A stretch of 64,000 bases of DNA from an uncultured Alphaproteobacteria bacterium (GTDB taxonomy: Bacteria; Pseudomonadota; Alphaproteobacteria; Rs-D84). This document shows positions 40,796 to 50,529 of this stretch, one piece after another. The notes under the pieces are model-generated. The model did not search any database, was not told the origin of the DNA, and worked only from the letters and a program-made list of their open reading frames with translations. A program made the translations under genes and the position numbers. The stretch's first letter is position 1. Each line of letters starts with the position of its first letter. The stretch is taken from the NCBI GenBank assembly GCA_944389595.1, contig CALXMY010000001.1, forward strand, positions 169,532-233,531, written 5' to 3'.

Positions 40796-41189
40796 TTGAA
40801 TTTATTATAAATTCACGCCCAAATGTTTTTCGTAATTGATATATTGCAGTATCCAATGCATGTGTTGTTGCATCTGGTGAATACCCCAATGCGGCCCGTA
40901 AATCTGTGGCGGACATGCCGCCCGATTTATATAACAATATAACGATTTGTGATTGTATATGTGGTAATTGCACATTTCGGCCAAAAATTTTGCGCAACAA
41001 TTGAATGTTTCCATCAATGGAATTTAATATTGCGGCCTTGATTTCAACGGGACTGGCCGGCATGGGAATTTCCAACGAATCAAAATCCAAAAATGTTTTA
41101 TCCGGCACATCGGACACAGTTGCGCCCATCTCGGCCAGTATCTGGCACCATATTTTGTCGGCCGAATAAATTTTTATTCCATTCAACAT
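40767..41189 (-). CDS. OmpR-type winged-helix protein with degenerate receiver
   Basis: LGYSPDATTHALDTAIYQLRK...GVYKI (Trans_reg_C-like); likely start MLNGIK at 41189. Confidence 0.75.
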   Translation of the reverse strand: MLNGIKIYSADKIWCQILAEMGATVSDVPDKTFLDFDSLEIPMPASPVEIKAAILNSIDGNIQLLRKIFGRNVQLPHIQSQIVILLYKSGGMSATDLRAALGYSPDATTHALDTAIYQLRKTFGREFIINSNGVYKIGRL

Positions 41190-41278
41190 ATCAATAACAG
41201 AATAGTAAAACATACCCATGTTGTCCAATAAAATCGACCGCGGTAAAACCGCGGTCAATATTGCGCGATTATAATATA

Positions 41279-41524
41279 CTATTCGCGTTCTTTGCTTTGT
41301 GGACCAATGAACTTGGTAAAATCTTGGATACTGGCACCGGTTGATGACAGAATTTTTGAAATACTGTTCGTGGACGGCCACCGTGGTTGGCCTTCTTTGG
41401 ACCATCTTTTGCTGCGATTAAAAGTGGTGGGATCCAACCCGCTGCATTTTGCCAAACCTGAACACGACATACCGTGTTCTGTTGCAAAGCGTTCAATTGC
41501 CTGCCAAACATCTTCATGGGTCAT
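41279..41524 (-). CDS. phage-repressor-like HTH regulator lacking the S24 domain
   Basis: MTHEDVWQAIERFA...SGLAK.SGLDPTTFN.SKR....RWPST.SI.K, the N-terminal domain of a conserved alphaproteobacterial CI-like family; GAGGAG SD. Confidence 0.85.
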   Translation of the reverse strand: MTHEDVWQAIERFATEHGMSCSGLAKCSGLDPTTFNRSKRWSKEGQPRWPSTNSISKILSSTGASIQDFTKFIGPQSKERE

Positions 41525-41730
41525 TTTTTCTCTCCTCTGGTTACTATTCGGAAAAATCCGAATTTTTTGACATATGGGACATATGTCTGATATTGATTTT
41601 ATTCCACTGCGTCCGACCAGGCAACAAGGACCATTTCCTAATTCATTGATTATAGTCCTAAAAATAATACCAAAAAATAATTTTGACAAAAATACTTGAC
41701 AAATAACATAAAATGTATTACATTTCGATT

Positions 41731-41921
41731 CGTCAAAGGGGGTAACCCCGGCGATGGGGCGCAAGCCCCCATGGGGTCCAGGGATTCAGACTCCCTCCTA
41801 CATTCTCTCTCCTCTGGACTCTGGGCCCCAATTTTATGGTTTAGAATGCCCATTTCTTTTTCTCCTTTCCTTCCTTTCGGGGCATTCGGAAACACCGGCG
41901 GGAAACCGCCGGCGTTTTTTT
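41731..41921 (+). ncRNA. candidate sRNA with CU-rich (anti-SD) loops
   Basis: TTGACA-17-TACATT promoter (41696-41724); four GC-rich hairpins, two with pyrimidine-rich loops; strong terminator CCGGCGG-GAAA-CCGCCGG + T run. Confidence 0.7.
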
Positions 41922-41944
41922 ATTAACAGTAAATTTATTGATAA

Positions 41945-42871
41945 TTACTTTTCAAATACTGAAAACAGTTCCCAATGTGCACTGCCAACGAATTGATCAA
42001 TCGGTATCAATGTTTTTAATTTATACCCACCATGCAGCAAAATGTTTGAATCGCGTCGCCATGTTATCGGATTGCATGAAACATAAATTATACGCGGAAC
42101 ATTACTGGGACTTAATTGCGTGCATTGCGCAAATGCGCCCGCACGTGGCGGATCCAATACCACGCAATCATATGCATTCAACATATTTGTTGTTAATGGG
42201 TGGGTGAATAAATCACGTTTTGTACCAATACCGTTTATATCAAATCCGTCCGCATTTAATGTAAATGTAAAATTACCCAATCCACAAAATAAATCTGCGA
42301 TATGATGTGCGCCGGTGGCCGCATCTGTAACCAGATTTCGTATTATGGTTTCGCTGGGTTCGGTTGGTTGTAAAAATGCGCCAGATGGGTATTCAACGAT
42401 ATTTCCATCAAATTTTATTATCGGATTAATGCGATTAATCACAATGCGATTATTCCATGTTATCCGAATAATCCCCGGTATTTTTTCTGCGCTTGATTTA
42501 AATTCCGAACTGAAATAGGGCACCGTTGATGTCACCGCAACATCAATTCCATTGTCACAAATCGTAACCAAACACGCCCCCATACCGCCCCATGGCAATT
42601 CCGCCAGTTTTGGCAACACATCATTTATTTCCGGGCACATTAATGGGCAACAGCGCACCGGAACAATTGTTTTTGAACGGTGCATATAAAGGCCAAAATT
42701 ACCACCAGCAAATGCAAAATCCGCGCGTCGCCGTGTCCCGGGATTGGTCCATATTGGGGCATTTGTTACGGGCAATTTTTGAATTTCTGATAATTTTTGT
42801 TCACGATAACTTGGTGATGCAAAATCATATTTGCATCCACCACAAACGCCAAAAAACGGACATCTTTTCAT
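41945..42871 (-). CDS. rlmD: RlmD/TrmA-family RNA m5U methyltransferase
   Basis: CPFFGVCGGC, AFLQ, DLFCGLG, LDPPRAG and YVSCNP. Confidence 0.88.
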   Translation of the reverse strand: MKRCPFFGVCGGCKYDFASPSYREQKLSEIQKLPVTNAPIWTNPGTRRRADFAFAGGNFGLYMHRSKTIVPVRCCPLMCPEINDVLPKLAELPWGGMGACLVTICDNGIDVAVTSTVPYFSSEFKSSAEKIPGIIRITWNNRIVINRINPIIKFDGNIVEYPSGAFLQPTEPSETIIRNLVTDAATGAHHIADLFCGLGNFTFTLNADGFDINGIGTKRDLFTHPLTTNMLNAYDCVVLDPPRAGAFAQCTQLSPSNVPRIIYVSCNPITWRRDSNILLHGGYKLKTLIPIDQFVGSAHWELFSVFEK

Positions 42872-42876
42872 ATCAG

Positions 42877-43524
42877 TTAAAAATGTATACGTGCGCCAAC
42901 GCGGAATTGATGTGCTGCGGGGGCAAAATCGGATATGGCATCAAATTTTGGTGAAAACATATAAATATATTTATACCCCAAATCCAACGCGAAATATTGC
43001 CCCATTTCCACCGACAGACCCGCCATGGCGGCCAATACAGGACTAATCTTATCATCTATATGTACATTTTCCGGTGAATTCCATGAAATACCGGCACCAA
43101 TGCCAACATATGGCACCATGCGTTGTTTATAAAATAAACGGTACAAATTTCCAATGCGCGCGTCAAATATTGCATTTAACATTGCGACATCGCCGGTCAT
43201 TTCAAATTCGTTCCATTTTGCAGACATACGCATATAATTTGCCTCTATGCGAAAAATGTCAAACGCGCGAAATCCAACAACTGCATCGAACGAAGATGTG
43301 TTTTTTCCACTGATGCTGACCGTATCATCGGCACCATTATTCCACATTGAAAAGTCATATGCCCCGCCGACATAAAACCTGCGCATACGGGCCAACGCCT
43401 GGTCATCAGTTCCCGTCACACTGGGGATAACCGGCATATTGATTTGTTCCGTACGATATGGAATGGCCGCATTTGCCACACATGGAAATATTGCCAATAA
43501 AACCAATAATATTTTTGCTTTCAT
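42877..43524 (-). CDS. outer-membrane 8-stranded beta-barrel protein
   Basis: Signal peptide; PYVGIGAG; LDLGYKY; terminal Phe. Confidence 0.85.
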   Translation of the reverse strand: MKAKILLVLLAIFPCVANAAIPYRTEQINMPVIPSVTGTDDQALARMRRFYVGGAYDFSMWNNGADDTVSISGKNTSSFDAVVGFRAFDIFRIEANYMRMSAKWNEFEMTGDVAMLNAIFDARIGNLYRLFYKQRMVPYVGIGAGISWNSPENVHIDDKISPVLAAMAGLSVEMGQYFALDLGYKYIYMFSPKFDAISDFAPAAHQFRVGARIHF

Positions 43525-43552
43525 TTATATTTTCCCCATTGCTGTGTATACA

Positions 43553-44326
43553 TCAGAAATTCACCCGGAATGATGCGATAATATTGCTGATATTATCAAC
43601 GCCACCCGCGCGTACATTCCAACCGAACCCGTTTCCTATCATCATTTGATATTGATACATAATATCAATGCCGATTAAATCATTCAGCATAACATTAAAT
43701 CCCAATGTTGCACGCGGTGCCGCAATCACAAAACCATCCGCGCCACCCGGCCCGTCAAATTTATATACACCCGCCGCCGCGCCAATGCCGATGAATGGCA
43801 CAAAACTGCGCCGGTATGTAATATCGCCACTTTGTACATAGCGGCGTGCAAAATCGAAATACAGCATGCCGCCCAGTGTTTGATATGATGCGCCCATGTC
43901 ATCCAGTTCAGAAAATTTAAACGTTGATTCCTGGAAATCTATTTCGGTACGAACATATGACGATAAATTCCACCCCAAACCGATTTGAGTTGTCCAACTG
44001 CCCGCGGAATCGTATTCCACGCCATTTAATTTTGCGGAATCCGTTGCAAACGGCAAATTCAATCCGCCGCCACCGCGCATATACATTGGTGTTGGAGTAA
44101 ACATTTGAATATCTGCATCATATCCGGCATCAGCGGTTTGATACACGTCCAACCCCAATTCACCGGGGGCAACATCAGGCTTGTCAATGTTTTCGCGAAC
44201 ACCGACCAAATCGACACCTTCGGCAATTTCGTTACGAAATTGTTCGGCATCGTATGCGCCGAATGCAGGCGTTATCGCCAATATTGATAAAAATCCCAAA
44301 TACGATATATTTTTCATATTTTCCAT
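43553..44326 (-). CDS. outer-membrane beta-barrel protein (tandem paralogue)
   Basis: Signal peptide; RTEID; PFIGIGA; terminal Phe. Confidence 0.85.
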   Translation of the reverse strand: MENMKNISYLGFLSILAITPAFGAYDAEQFRNEIAEGVDLVGVRENIDKPDVAPGELGLDVYQTADAGYDADIQMFTPTPMYMRGGGGLNLPFATDSAKLNGVEYDSAGSWTTQIGLGWNLSSYVRTEIDFQESTFKFSELDDMGASYQTLGGMLYFDFARRYVQSGDITYRRSFVPFIGIGAAAGVYKFDGPGGADGFVIAAPRATLGFNVMLNDLIGIDIMYQYQMMIGNGFGWNVRAGGVDNISNIIASFRVNF

Positions 44327-44403
44327 CCAATGTAATTTATCATTTAAAGTTTAACATAATTTGAAACTTGATTCCAGCCCGATTTATTCGTAACATACAA
44401 AAT

Positions 44404-45237
44404 ATGAAGAAAAATATTAAAAAATCAGATAAAAAAATCGCATTAATTGCCGGCGCATTGGATTTACCGTTTTTTACACGTGATGCGTTGCGTCGTGCCG
44501 GATGGGACGTGTATGTCGTTGGGTTAAAGCCTTTTTATGATACGCGTCTTAATCCAGACATTGCCGTTCGTCCGGGTGGTGGGTGGCCGGCTGTGCGCCA
44601 ATTTCGTCGGCGGGGGATAAAAAAGTTAACTTTTGTTGGGGCGTTGGGGCACCCGAATTTATCTGATATTCGTCCAGATTTATGGTCGATTGGTTTGTTA
44701 TTCAGTATTTTAAAACATCAACGGGGGTATGATTCTATGGCGGTTGCATTAAACAAGGCACTGGAAAAACGTGGTTTTGAAATTGTCGCGGCCCAGGATG
44801 TAGCACCAGAATTAACATTTCAAACCGCCGGGGTTCAAACAAAAATGAAACCCACGGTTCGTGATCGGCGCGATATTGAACGTGCGATTGATGTATCGCA
44901 CACAATTGGTGCGGCCGATATTGGGGCATCGGTTGTTGTTGATAAACAGGTCATCGCAGTAGAGGCCGCCGAAGGCACCGCCAAAATGTTGGAACGCGTA
45001 ATTGAAATGCGAAAAAATCATAAACGCCCCAGTGGTGTTTTTGCAAAAATGACCAAACCAGGCCAGGATTTACGCATTGATATCCCTGCCATTGGTGTTG
45101 ATACTGTAAATGCTGTGGCGGCGGCACATTTACGCGGAATTATTGTTAATACAAAAACATGCTTTATTGTTGATAAAGATGCGGTTATCAAACGCGCAAA
45201 CGAATTAAAGATATTTATAGTCGCAATTGACGAATAA
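44404..45237 (+). CDS. lpxI: UDP-2,3-diacylglucosamine diphosphatase LpxI
   Basis: IAG..LP, DIG.SVV, AVEA.EGT and KP.QD.R.D.P.IG..T. Confidence 0.9.
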   Translation: MKKNIKKSDKKIALIAGALDLPFFTRDALRRAGWDVYVVGLKPFYDTRLNPDIAVRPGGGWPAVRQFRRRGIKKLTFVGALGHPNLSDIRPDLWSIGLLFSILKHQRGYDSMAVALNKALEKRGFEIVAAQDVAPELTFQTAGVQTKMKPTVRDRRDIERAIDVSHTIGAADIGASVVVDKQVIAVEAAEGTAKMLERVIEMRKNHKRPSGVFAKMTKPGQDLRIDIPAIGVDTVNAVAAAHLRGIIVNTKTCFIVDKDAVIKRANELKIFIVAIDE

Positions 45238-45262
45238 AAAATCCCCAATTGGGGATTTTAAA

Positions 45263-45409
45263 TTAGCAACCTGTTGCGGCACCAATCCATTTTGAAATGG
45301 AAATATCTTTGTGCAACAGGAAATCATATTCACAGTTACCCTGTTTATAATGCCCCATGCATGCGGACAAAGTCAAAACGGCAAACAAAGCCAACATAAC
45401 TTTTTTCAT
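45263..45409 (-). CDS. small lipoprotein, YhfL/DUF4223-like
   Basis: Manual translation: MKKVMLALFAVLTLSACMGHYKQGNCEYDFLLHKDISISKWIGAATGC; the C.YD.LLH..ISISK.IG pattern matches YhfL; AAGGAG SD. Confidence 0.8.
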   Translation of the reverse strand: MKKVMLALFAVLTLSACMGHYKQGNCEYDFLLHKDISISKWIGAATGC

Positions 45410-45475
45410 GTTTTCTCCTTTTTATATAAAAAAGTACATTTATTATACAATAACATCATGCCAAAGGCAAGAATT

Positions 45476-45817
45476 CTATATCACGCCACGAAACCATTGA
45501 ATTTTACGTGGGGTTACAACAATTATGTCAAAACGCGCATCGCCCATCCATTTGGTTTGCGCGATATATGTTTCCGCTGCGCGTCGCAGTCGTATTGATT
45601 GGGCCGGGGTAACCGCATCCAGCCCGGTTAAAACGTCGTGGCGATGTTTGACCTCTATAAATATCATTAAATTTTTGCGCCGTGCAATTATATCAATTTC
45701 GGCACGCCCCGTATTTCGCCCGGTGACATAGCGGCGACGCATAATATGAAACCCATGCAAACGCAAATACATGCACGCCATAAATTCAGAAAATACCCCG
45801 ATTTTATATGAATTCAT
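45476..45817 (-). CDS. YraN (UPF0102) family protein
   Basis: G..SE..A, EIDIIA, FIEVK and RFD motifs. Confidence 0.9.
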   Translation of the reverse strand: MNSYKIGVFSEFMACMYLRLHGFHIMRRRYVTGRNTGRAEIDIIARRKNLMIFIEVKHRHDVLTGLDAVTPAQSIRLRRAAETYIAQTKWMGDARFDIIVVTPRKIQWFRGVI

Positions 45818-47229
45818 TTTGCTATTTTTGTGACAACTTTCAGTAATGTACGCGAAGCGGCATCTGTTTCGGTCGGATACGTTTTATAATAATATTCGCA
45901 ATAAATTACATTTTTGGAAATACGCTTTGGTTTTGTATATATGCCCGGCCTCATATCAGGATTATGATTTATATATAAAAAGTCAATTTTTGCGTTAAAT
46001 TTGGCATTTATTTTATCAATTATTTTAATAATTTCATTTTTATCGCCCGTTTGCCCCAGTTCCGAAAACACCAACAAAACACGTTTGTCATTATTTAAAT
46101 GTTCCAACATTCGGTTTGTGCGTCGTGCATATTTTTCAGCAATTGGCGGAAAGGTTACTGCAAAATCACCAGGTTCAAAGTCATGATTGTAATAAATTCC
46201 TGTACGATTATTTTTATAAACAGCCTTGTTATTATCAGGATTTATATCAACATATTCAAAATCAGAATAATCAAAATAATGATTAAATTCATCATAAATA
46301 CATTTCAAACGCGTAATAACATCGGAACCATACATCCAATCAAATGGACCGCTGAAATCGCGCAATTTTAATACTGTTAATGTGCTTGGCACAAAACACG
46401 CCGCCCCCACAGAAATCACAGTGTCGTATTTACGAATTCTGTAAACAGGTATTTTGAATATATAAATACAGTTCTTTTTAATTCTGAAAAAGAAATGTCC
46501 AAATTTTACAAAATTCATACCAATTTTATACGGCATCAGGTACAATCGCATTGCAGAATATTTGTTATATAATTGTTTTATTAATTGTTTATGAAATAAA
46601 CAGGTTTGCATATTTCTGGATTCTGATTTTTGTTTAATTCTGTAATAAAACAGTTTTTCAGGTATGCGATAAATTTTTTTATTATGATTAAATACCATGT
46701 TTAACCATAAATCATAATCTTCTAATGCAGTATCGAATTCGTTTGAATAACCGCCACATGCGATAAAGTCTGATTTTTTAAATAATGCCGCATTTACCAA
46801 ACAATTTTTGCGCGCCATATTAAATTTTGTTGGCCGCGGCAAAGACATTTCGCCACGTTGTTCGCCGCATAATTCCACGCGACATGTTATTATATCGCCG
46901 GCACCAGACATTATGCATTTATACATTTTTTCCAATGTTGTTGGTTCGATAAAATCATCGCCGTCCAATGGAAAAATTAAATCCGATTGTGCATTTTTAA
47001 TACCATTATTTCGTGCGGTCACCACACCGGAATTTTTCTGGTTTATTATATGTATGCGTTTATCACGTGCGGCATATTGTTCCAAAATTTTGGCACTGTT
47101 ATCCGAACTGCCGTCATTTACGCATATGACTTCGATATCGGTAAAAGTTTGTTTTAATACGGAATCCAAACATTCCGATAAATATTTTTCTGTATTATAT
47201 ACCGGTATTATCACACTTATTTTTGGCAT
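45814..47229 (-). CDS. GT2 glycosyltransferase fused to a DUF1796 (papain-like) domain
   Basis: SVIIPVYN...NDGS...ARN..LDGDD, then ISVGAAC...GPFDW...HDF...KY.RR. Confidence 0.85.
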   Translation of the reverse strand: MPKISVIIPVYNTEKYLSECLDSVLKQTFTDIEVICVNDGSSDNSAKILEQYAARDKRIHIINQKNSGVVTARNNGIKNAQSDLIFPLDGDDFIEPTTLEKMYKCIMSGAGDIITCRVELCGEQRGEMSLPRPTKFNMARKNCLVNAALFKKSDFIACGGYSNEFDTALEDYDLWLNMVFNHNKKIYRIPEKLFYYRIKQKSESRNMQTCLFHKQLIKQLYNKYSAMRLYLMPYKIGMNFVKFGHFFFRIKKNCIYIFKIPVYRIRKYDTVISVGAACFVPSTLTVLKLRDFSGPFDWMYGSDVITRLKCIYDEFNHYFDYSDFEYVDINPDNNKAVYKNNRTGIYYNHDFEPGDFAVTFPPIAEKYARRTNRMLEHLNNDKRVLLVFSELGQTGDKNEIIKIIDKINAKFNAKIDFLYINHNPDMRPGIYTKPKRISKNVIYCEYYYKTYPTETDAASRTLLKVVTKIAK

Positions 47230-47235
47230 GATATA

Positions 47236-48078
47236 TTATCTCCATTTCAATTTAAATATCGGTATTAAATCGAACAGTAATACCCAATTATTTTCAATTT
47301 TTAATATTGGAATAATTCCAAACAAACGCAGTCTGAAAAACGTAACATTTGCATGTGGGCATTTTTTTAATGCGTTATAATATGCGGGGTATTGATTGCG
47401 CAATTGGGTTGATATTGCGCGCCATGCCAGGTTCATTTTTTGTTCCTGTTGCAGGGTTGTCATGTTGTTATGCGTGCGATATTTAACCAATACCTGTTGA
47501 ATATTATAAAAATGCGTTACATCCATTAACCGTGCCCATAAACGATAATCCTCCGCAGGACTGAAAAATTCTTCGTATTTTATATCATTATCAACCAATA
47601 CGGATTTTCTGATCATTGCCGCAGTGTGTGCAATACTGCAATTGTTGGTTAAAAACATTCGTATATCGATGTCGTTTTCCGGGGCTGACCATACATAATT
47701 TTTTTCACCAAAAGATTCCAATAAACCGGAAACGACCCCAACATCTGGGTGCACATCCAGATATGCAACCTGTTGTTCCAAACGTGTTGGGACGGAAATA
47801 TCATCATGATCAAAAATGGCCAAATATTCGCCACTCGCCAAATCCAATAATTTATTACGTGCCGCAGAAATACCAATATTTGTTTTGTTTTTAATATATT
47901 TTATTCGTTTGTCATTATATGATTTTACAACCTCGTCCAATTTTGTATTTTGTGGGCTGTCATTCAAAATCAGAAATTCAAAATCTGTAAAAGTTTGATT
48001 TAATATGGATTCAATACATTCACGTAAATGTGCCGGATTAGTATTGTAAATAGGTGTTAAAACTGATACACGTGGCAT
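47236..48078 (-). CDS. GT2 glycosyltransferase
   Basis: VSVLTPIYN, DHDD and AEDYRLW motifs. Confidence 0.9.
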   Translation of the reverse strand: MPRVSVLTPIYNTNPAHLRECIESILNQTFTDFEFLILNDSPQNTKLDEVVKSYNDKRIKYIKNKTNIGISAARNKLLDLASGEYLAIFDHDDISVPTRLEQQVAYLDVHPDVGVVSGLLESFGEKNYVWSAPENDIDIRMFLTNNCSIAHTAAMIRKSVLVDNDIKYEEFFSPAEDYRLWARLMDVTHFYNIQQVLVKYRTHNNMTTLQQEQKMNLAWRAISTQLRNQYPAYYNALKKCPHANVTFFRLRLFGIIPILKIENNWVLLFDLIPIFKLKWR

Positions 48079-48147
48079 GATGACCCCTTGAAAATATAGG
48101 TGTATTTTATATTCTATGTATCTGTAAGTAAAGCGAATTTTAAGGAA

Positions 48148-48930
48148 TTAAAACGCATACGGTTTTGCCCGGAAATTTTCACGTGCAGATTGAATGTTTT
48201 CGGCAATATCAGATGTATATCGCCCCATATCAACCAAATCCAGCGACCCATAATATGCCGTCATCATTGGATCGTATGAATTACTGGTTGAAATCCATTT
48301 ATCCGTACCCGAATTTGGGGGGCCATATTTGTCCAAAACGCCCTGCCAAAATGCCAAAATTTTCTTTTCCCGTTGGTCTGCAAATTTTTCATGTGCACCT
48401 TCGATTTCATTAACATCGTTATTATATACAACACGCCATACAACGTTATCATCGGCATTGCTGGTGAAATAAACAACAACGGTTTCACCGGTATTTTCCC
48501 GTACCAAATGTAATTCCGCCGCATATAACAGCCCGCGATTTTTTGCCAATGTGTTTATGCATTGTTCCAATTCGGCCGGTGCAAATATTCCCTGTTGGCG
48601 ACATTCGTAATCCAAATTGTATTTCCACTCTTTTTGTATGGAATAAATTATGGCATCTTTTTCGCGTGGTGCATATAATCCACGGGATTTTAAAAACATT
48701 ACATCAACATCATCAAATGACATTCCCAACATTATTCCGGCAATATCAAAATTATTTACTGTCACAGGTTCCGCTCCGGGATTTAATGCAACATCGCTGG
48801 TTGTCAGGTCTGCATCACCACTTTCTGTTATGGCGAAATTACTGAAATCAAAATCATCGGTTGCGGCAAATGCCCCGGTTGTGAATACAACCGTTAATAC
48901 AGTAATAAAAAATCCAAACACCGTGCGCAT
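48148..48930 (-). CDS. exported hypothetical protein
   Basis: Signal peptide ending AFA; FDIAG..LGMS motif; directly downstream of the VirB8-like pair. Confidence 0.75.
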   Translation of the reverse strand: MRTVFGFFITVLTVVFTTGAFAATDDFDFSNFAITESGDADLTTSDVALNPGAEPVTVNNFDIAGIMLGMSFDDVDVMFLKSRGLYAPREKDAIIYSIQKEWKYNLDYECRQQGIFAPAELEQCINTLAKNRGLLYAAELHLVRENTGETVVVYFTSNADDNVVWRVVYNNDVNEIEGAHEKFADQREKKILAFWQGVLDKYGPPNSGTDKWISTSNSYDPMMTAYYGSLDLVDMGRYTSDIAENIQSARENFRAKPYAF

Positions 48931-48935
48931 TTATT

Positions 48936-49580
48936 TTACCCCTGAATAATTTGAACTATACTAAAATTAAAAATAGCCGCCGGATCCCCGCCATCTTCCA
49001 AATATTCATGCAGTGTTTCAATATCAACATCCGTACGCATCCCCATTTCATAATGTATATCCATATACATTGTACCACGTGTTATGGTTGGCGTAACATT
49101 AAAATCATTTGGTCTTTCCCATGTTTTTAATTCATAATTCACCACCCAATATTGACTGCCGTTTGGTTTGAATATGCTGTCAATTACGTGTGCCGTGCGC
49201 ATAGCCTTGTTTTGGGCCAATTCCAGAATATTTTTTGCCTCGTTTACGACCCACTCATCAAATACGGGTGTTGATGACATGCGGTATAAAATACTGCCCG
49301 GTTTGGTACGCTGTGCAATATTTTCCACATCAGGTGCGGCATAGAAATATTCGGTTATAAATTTGCGCACCAATAAATCCATAAATTGCGCATCGCCCAT
49401 GTATTCCGGTGTTTGTGGCACCCCGGGTCGTTGTGTGGATAAACTGTTCGGTTGAAAAAAGAATGGAAATACATTGTTATTTCGCCCGGCATCAAAAATT
49501 CCACCGGCAAAATAAATACCCATGCCGGTCATCCCCAGCAATAATAATCCCGCCAAAAATGCCACCAGTTTTTTCATCAA
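48936..49580 (-). CDS. VirB8-like protein
   Basis: One N-terminal TM helix; PFF; VRKFITEY; MSS..VF; NTF2-like C-terminus. Confidence 0.55.
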   Translation of the reverse strand: MMKKLVAFLAGLLLLGMTGMGIYFAGGIFDAGRNNNVFPFFFQPNSLSTQRPGVPQTPEYMGDAQFMDLLVRKFITEYFYAAPDVENIAQRTKPGSILYRMSSTPVFDEWVVNEAKNILELAQNKAMRTAHVIDSIFKPNGSQYWVVNYELKTWERPNDFNVTPTITRGTMYMDIHYEMGMRTDVDIETLHEYLEDGGDPAAIFNFSIVQIIQG

Positions 49581-50278
49581 TTTATCTTGTACGCATTAAA
49601 ATCCGCGACATAAAAACCAAATGTCTGTGGATAATTTTCTAAATTTCTGGCCACTTTTGCAAATGCAACAATATCAATGTTTCCGGAAATATTTGATTGT
49701 ATTGTTGCCGTAATGCGCCATGTGCCACCATCATTTGATATTTGCCCCGCGGGTTCAAATTGAAAATCCATTTTATCAACCACCCATTCTTCGCCCGCCA
49801 ACACGCGTGTTTGATAATCAGGAACAATATTGTATATAAAACGTGTAAACAAATCCTCGCCAGATGCACAGTATAATACACATGTTTTATCACTGTATGC
49901 AAAATTGTTTTCTATACTGCATTCGCTGCTGCGATTACATGTTTGCCATCTGGCATCGTTTTCGGCAGAATCATCCGATATAGTAAACCAATTTTCCATG
50001 AAATTTCCCACCACAGATTGCTGTAATGATTCAATCGCGGAAATTTCAACGGGACCATTCCCGTGCGAATGCCCAACGATAATCCATTCACCGGTTAATT
50101 CGTCAACGGATACAACAAACGGGTCAACGCGTTGCGATTTGGCCGCCCACAATACAACAATACATGCGAATATAATAATTACAAATAAAACACATGATGC
50201 AATGGCCATAAATCTGGATATGGCAATGCGTGGTCCCGCCGGGAAAGCGGGTGTGTCAAAATCGCTTGGATAATCCAA
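49577..50278 (-). CDS. VirB8-like protein
   Basis: TM helix then VDPFVVSVDELTG; C-terminal FGFYVADF; TTG start with a G-rich SD. Confidence 0.65.
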   Translation of the reverse strand: MDYPSDFDTPAFPAGPRIAISRFMAIASCVLFVIIIFACIVVLWAAKSQRVDPFVVSVDELTGEWIIVGHSHGNGPVEISAIESLQQSVVGNFMENWFTISDDSAENDARWQTCNRSSECSIENNFAYSDKTCVLYCASGEDLFTRFIYNIVPDYQTRVLAGEEWVVDKMDFQFEPAGQISNDGGTWRITATIQSNISGNIDIVAFAKVARNLENYPQTFGFYVADFNAYKIN

Positions 50279-50314
50279 TGGCGTTTCCCCCCGTTTTTTA
50301 AATTCAGTGGTGTA

Positions 50315-50461
50315 TTATGCCTGGAAAACCATGATGCACGCGCATGGGCTTAATTTTAATTCGTTATTATCATAACCAACACCCACCGGTTCGCGGTCGT
50401 AAATCTGGCCACAGCCCGCCAACATCAATGCAACGAATAATCCCAATACAACCTTTTTCAT
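50315..50461 (-). CDS. small lipoprotein, VirB7-like
   Basis: Manual translation: MKKVVLGLFVALMLAGCGQIYDREPVGVGYDNNELKLSPCACIMVFQA; lipobox LAGC; K-L-SPC motif; upstream of the VirB8-like pair. Confidence 0.65.
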   Translation of the reverse strand: MKKVVLGLFVALMLAGCGQIYDREPVGVGYDNNELKLSPCACIMVFQA

Positions 50462-50529
50462 TTCTTTCCCCTTTGACTAATCAAATTATAAGAAAAATTC
50501 ATCCCCCTGGTCAAGATATAAAACCAATA

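Noticed and set aside
41731-41921. SRP RNA, tmRNA or RNase P identity for the ncRNA candidate; ORFs at 41650-41996
   Set aside because: Diagnostic motifs are not seen, and the overlapping ORFs lack SDs and protein-like composition.
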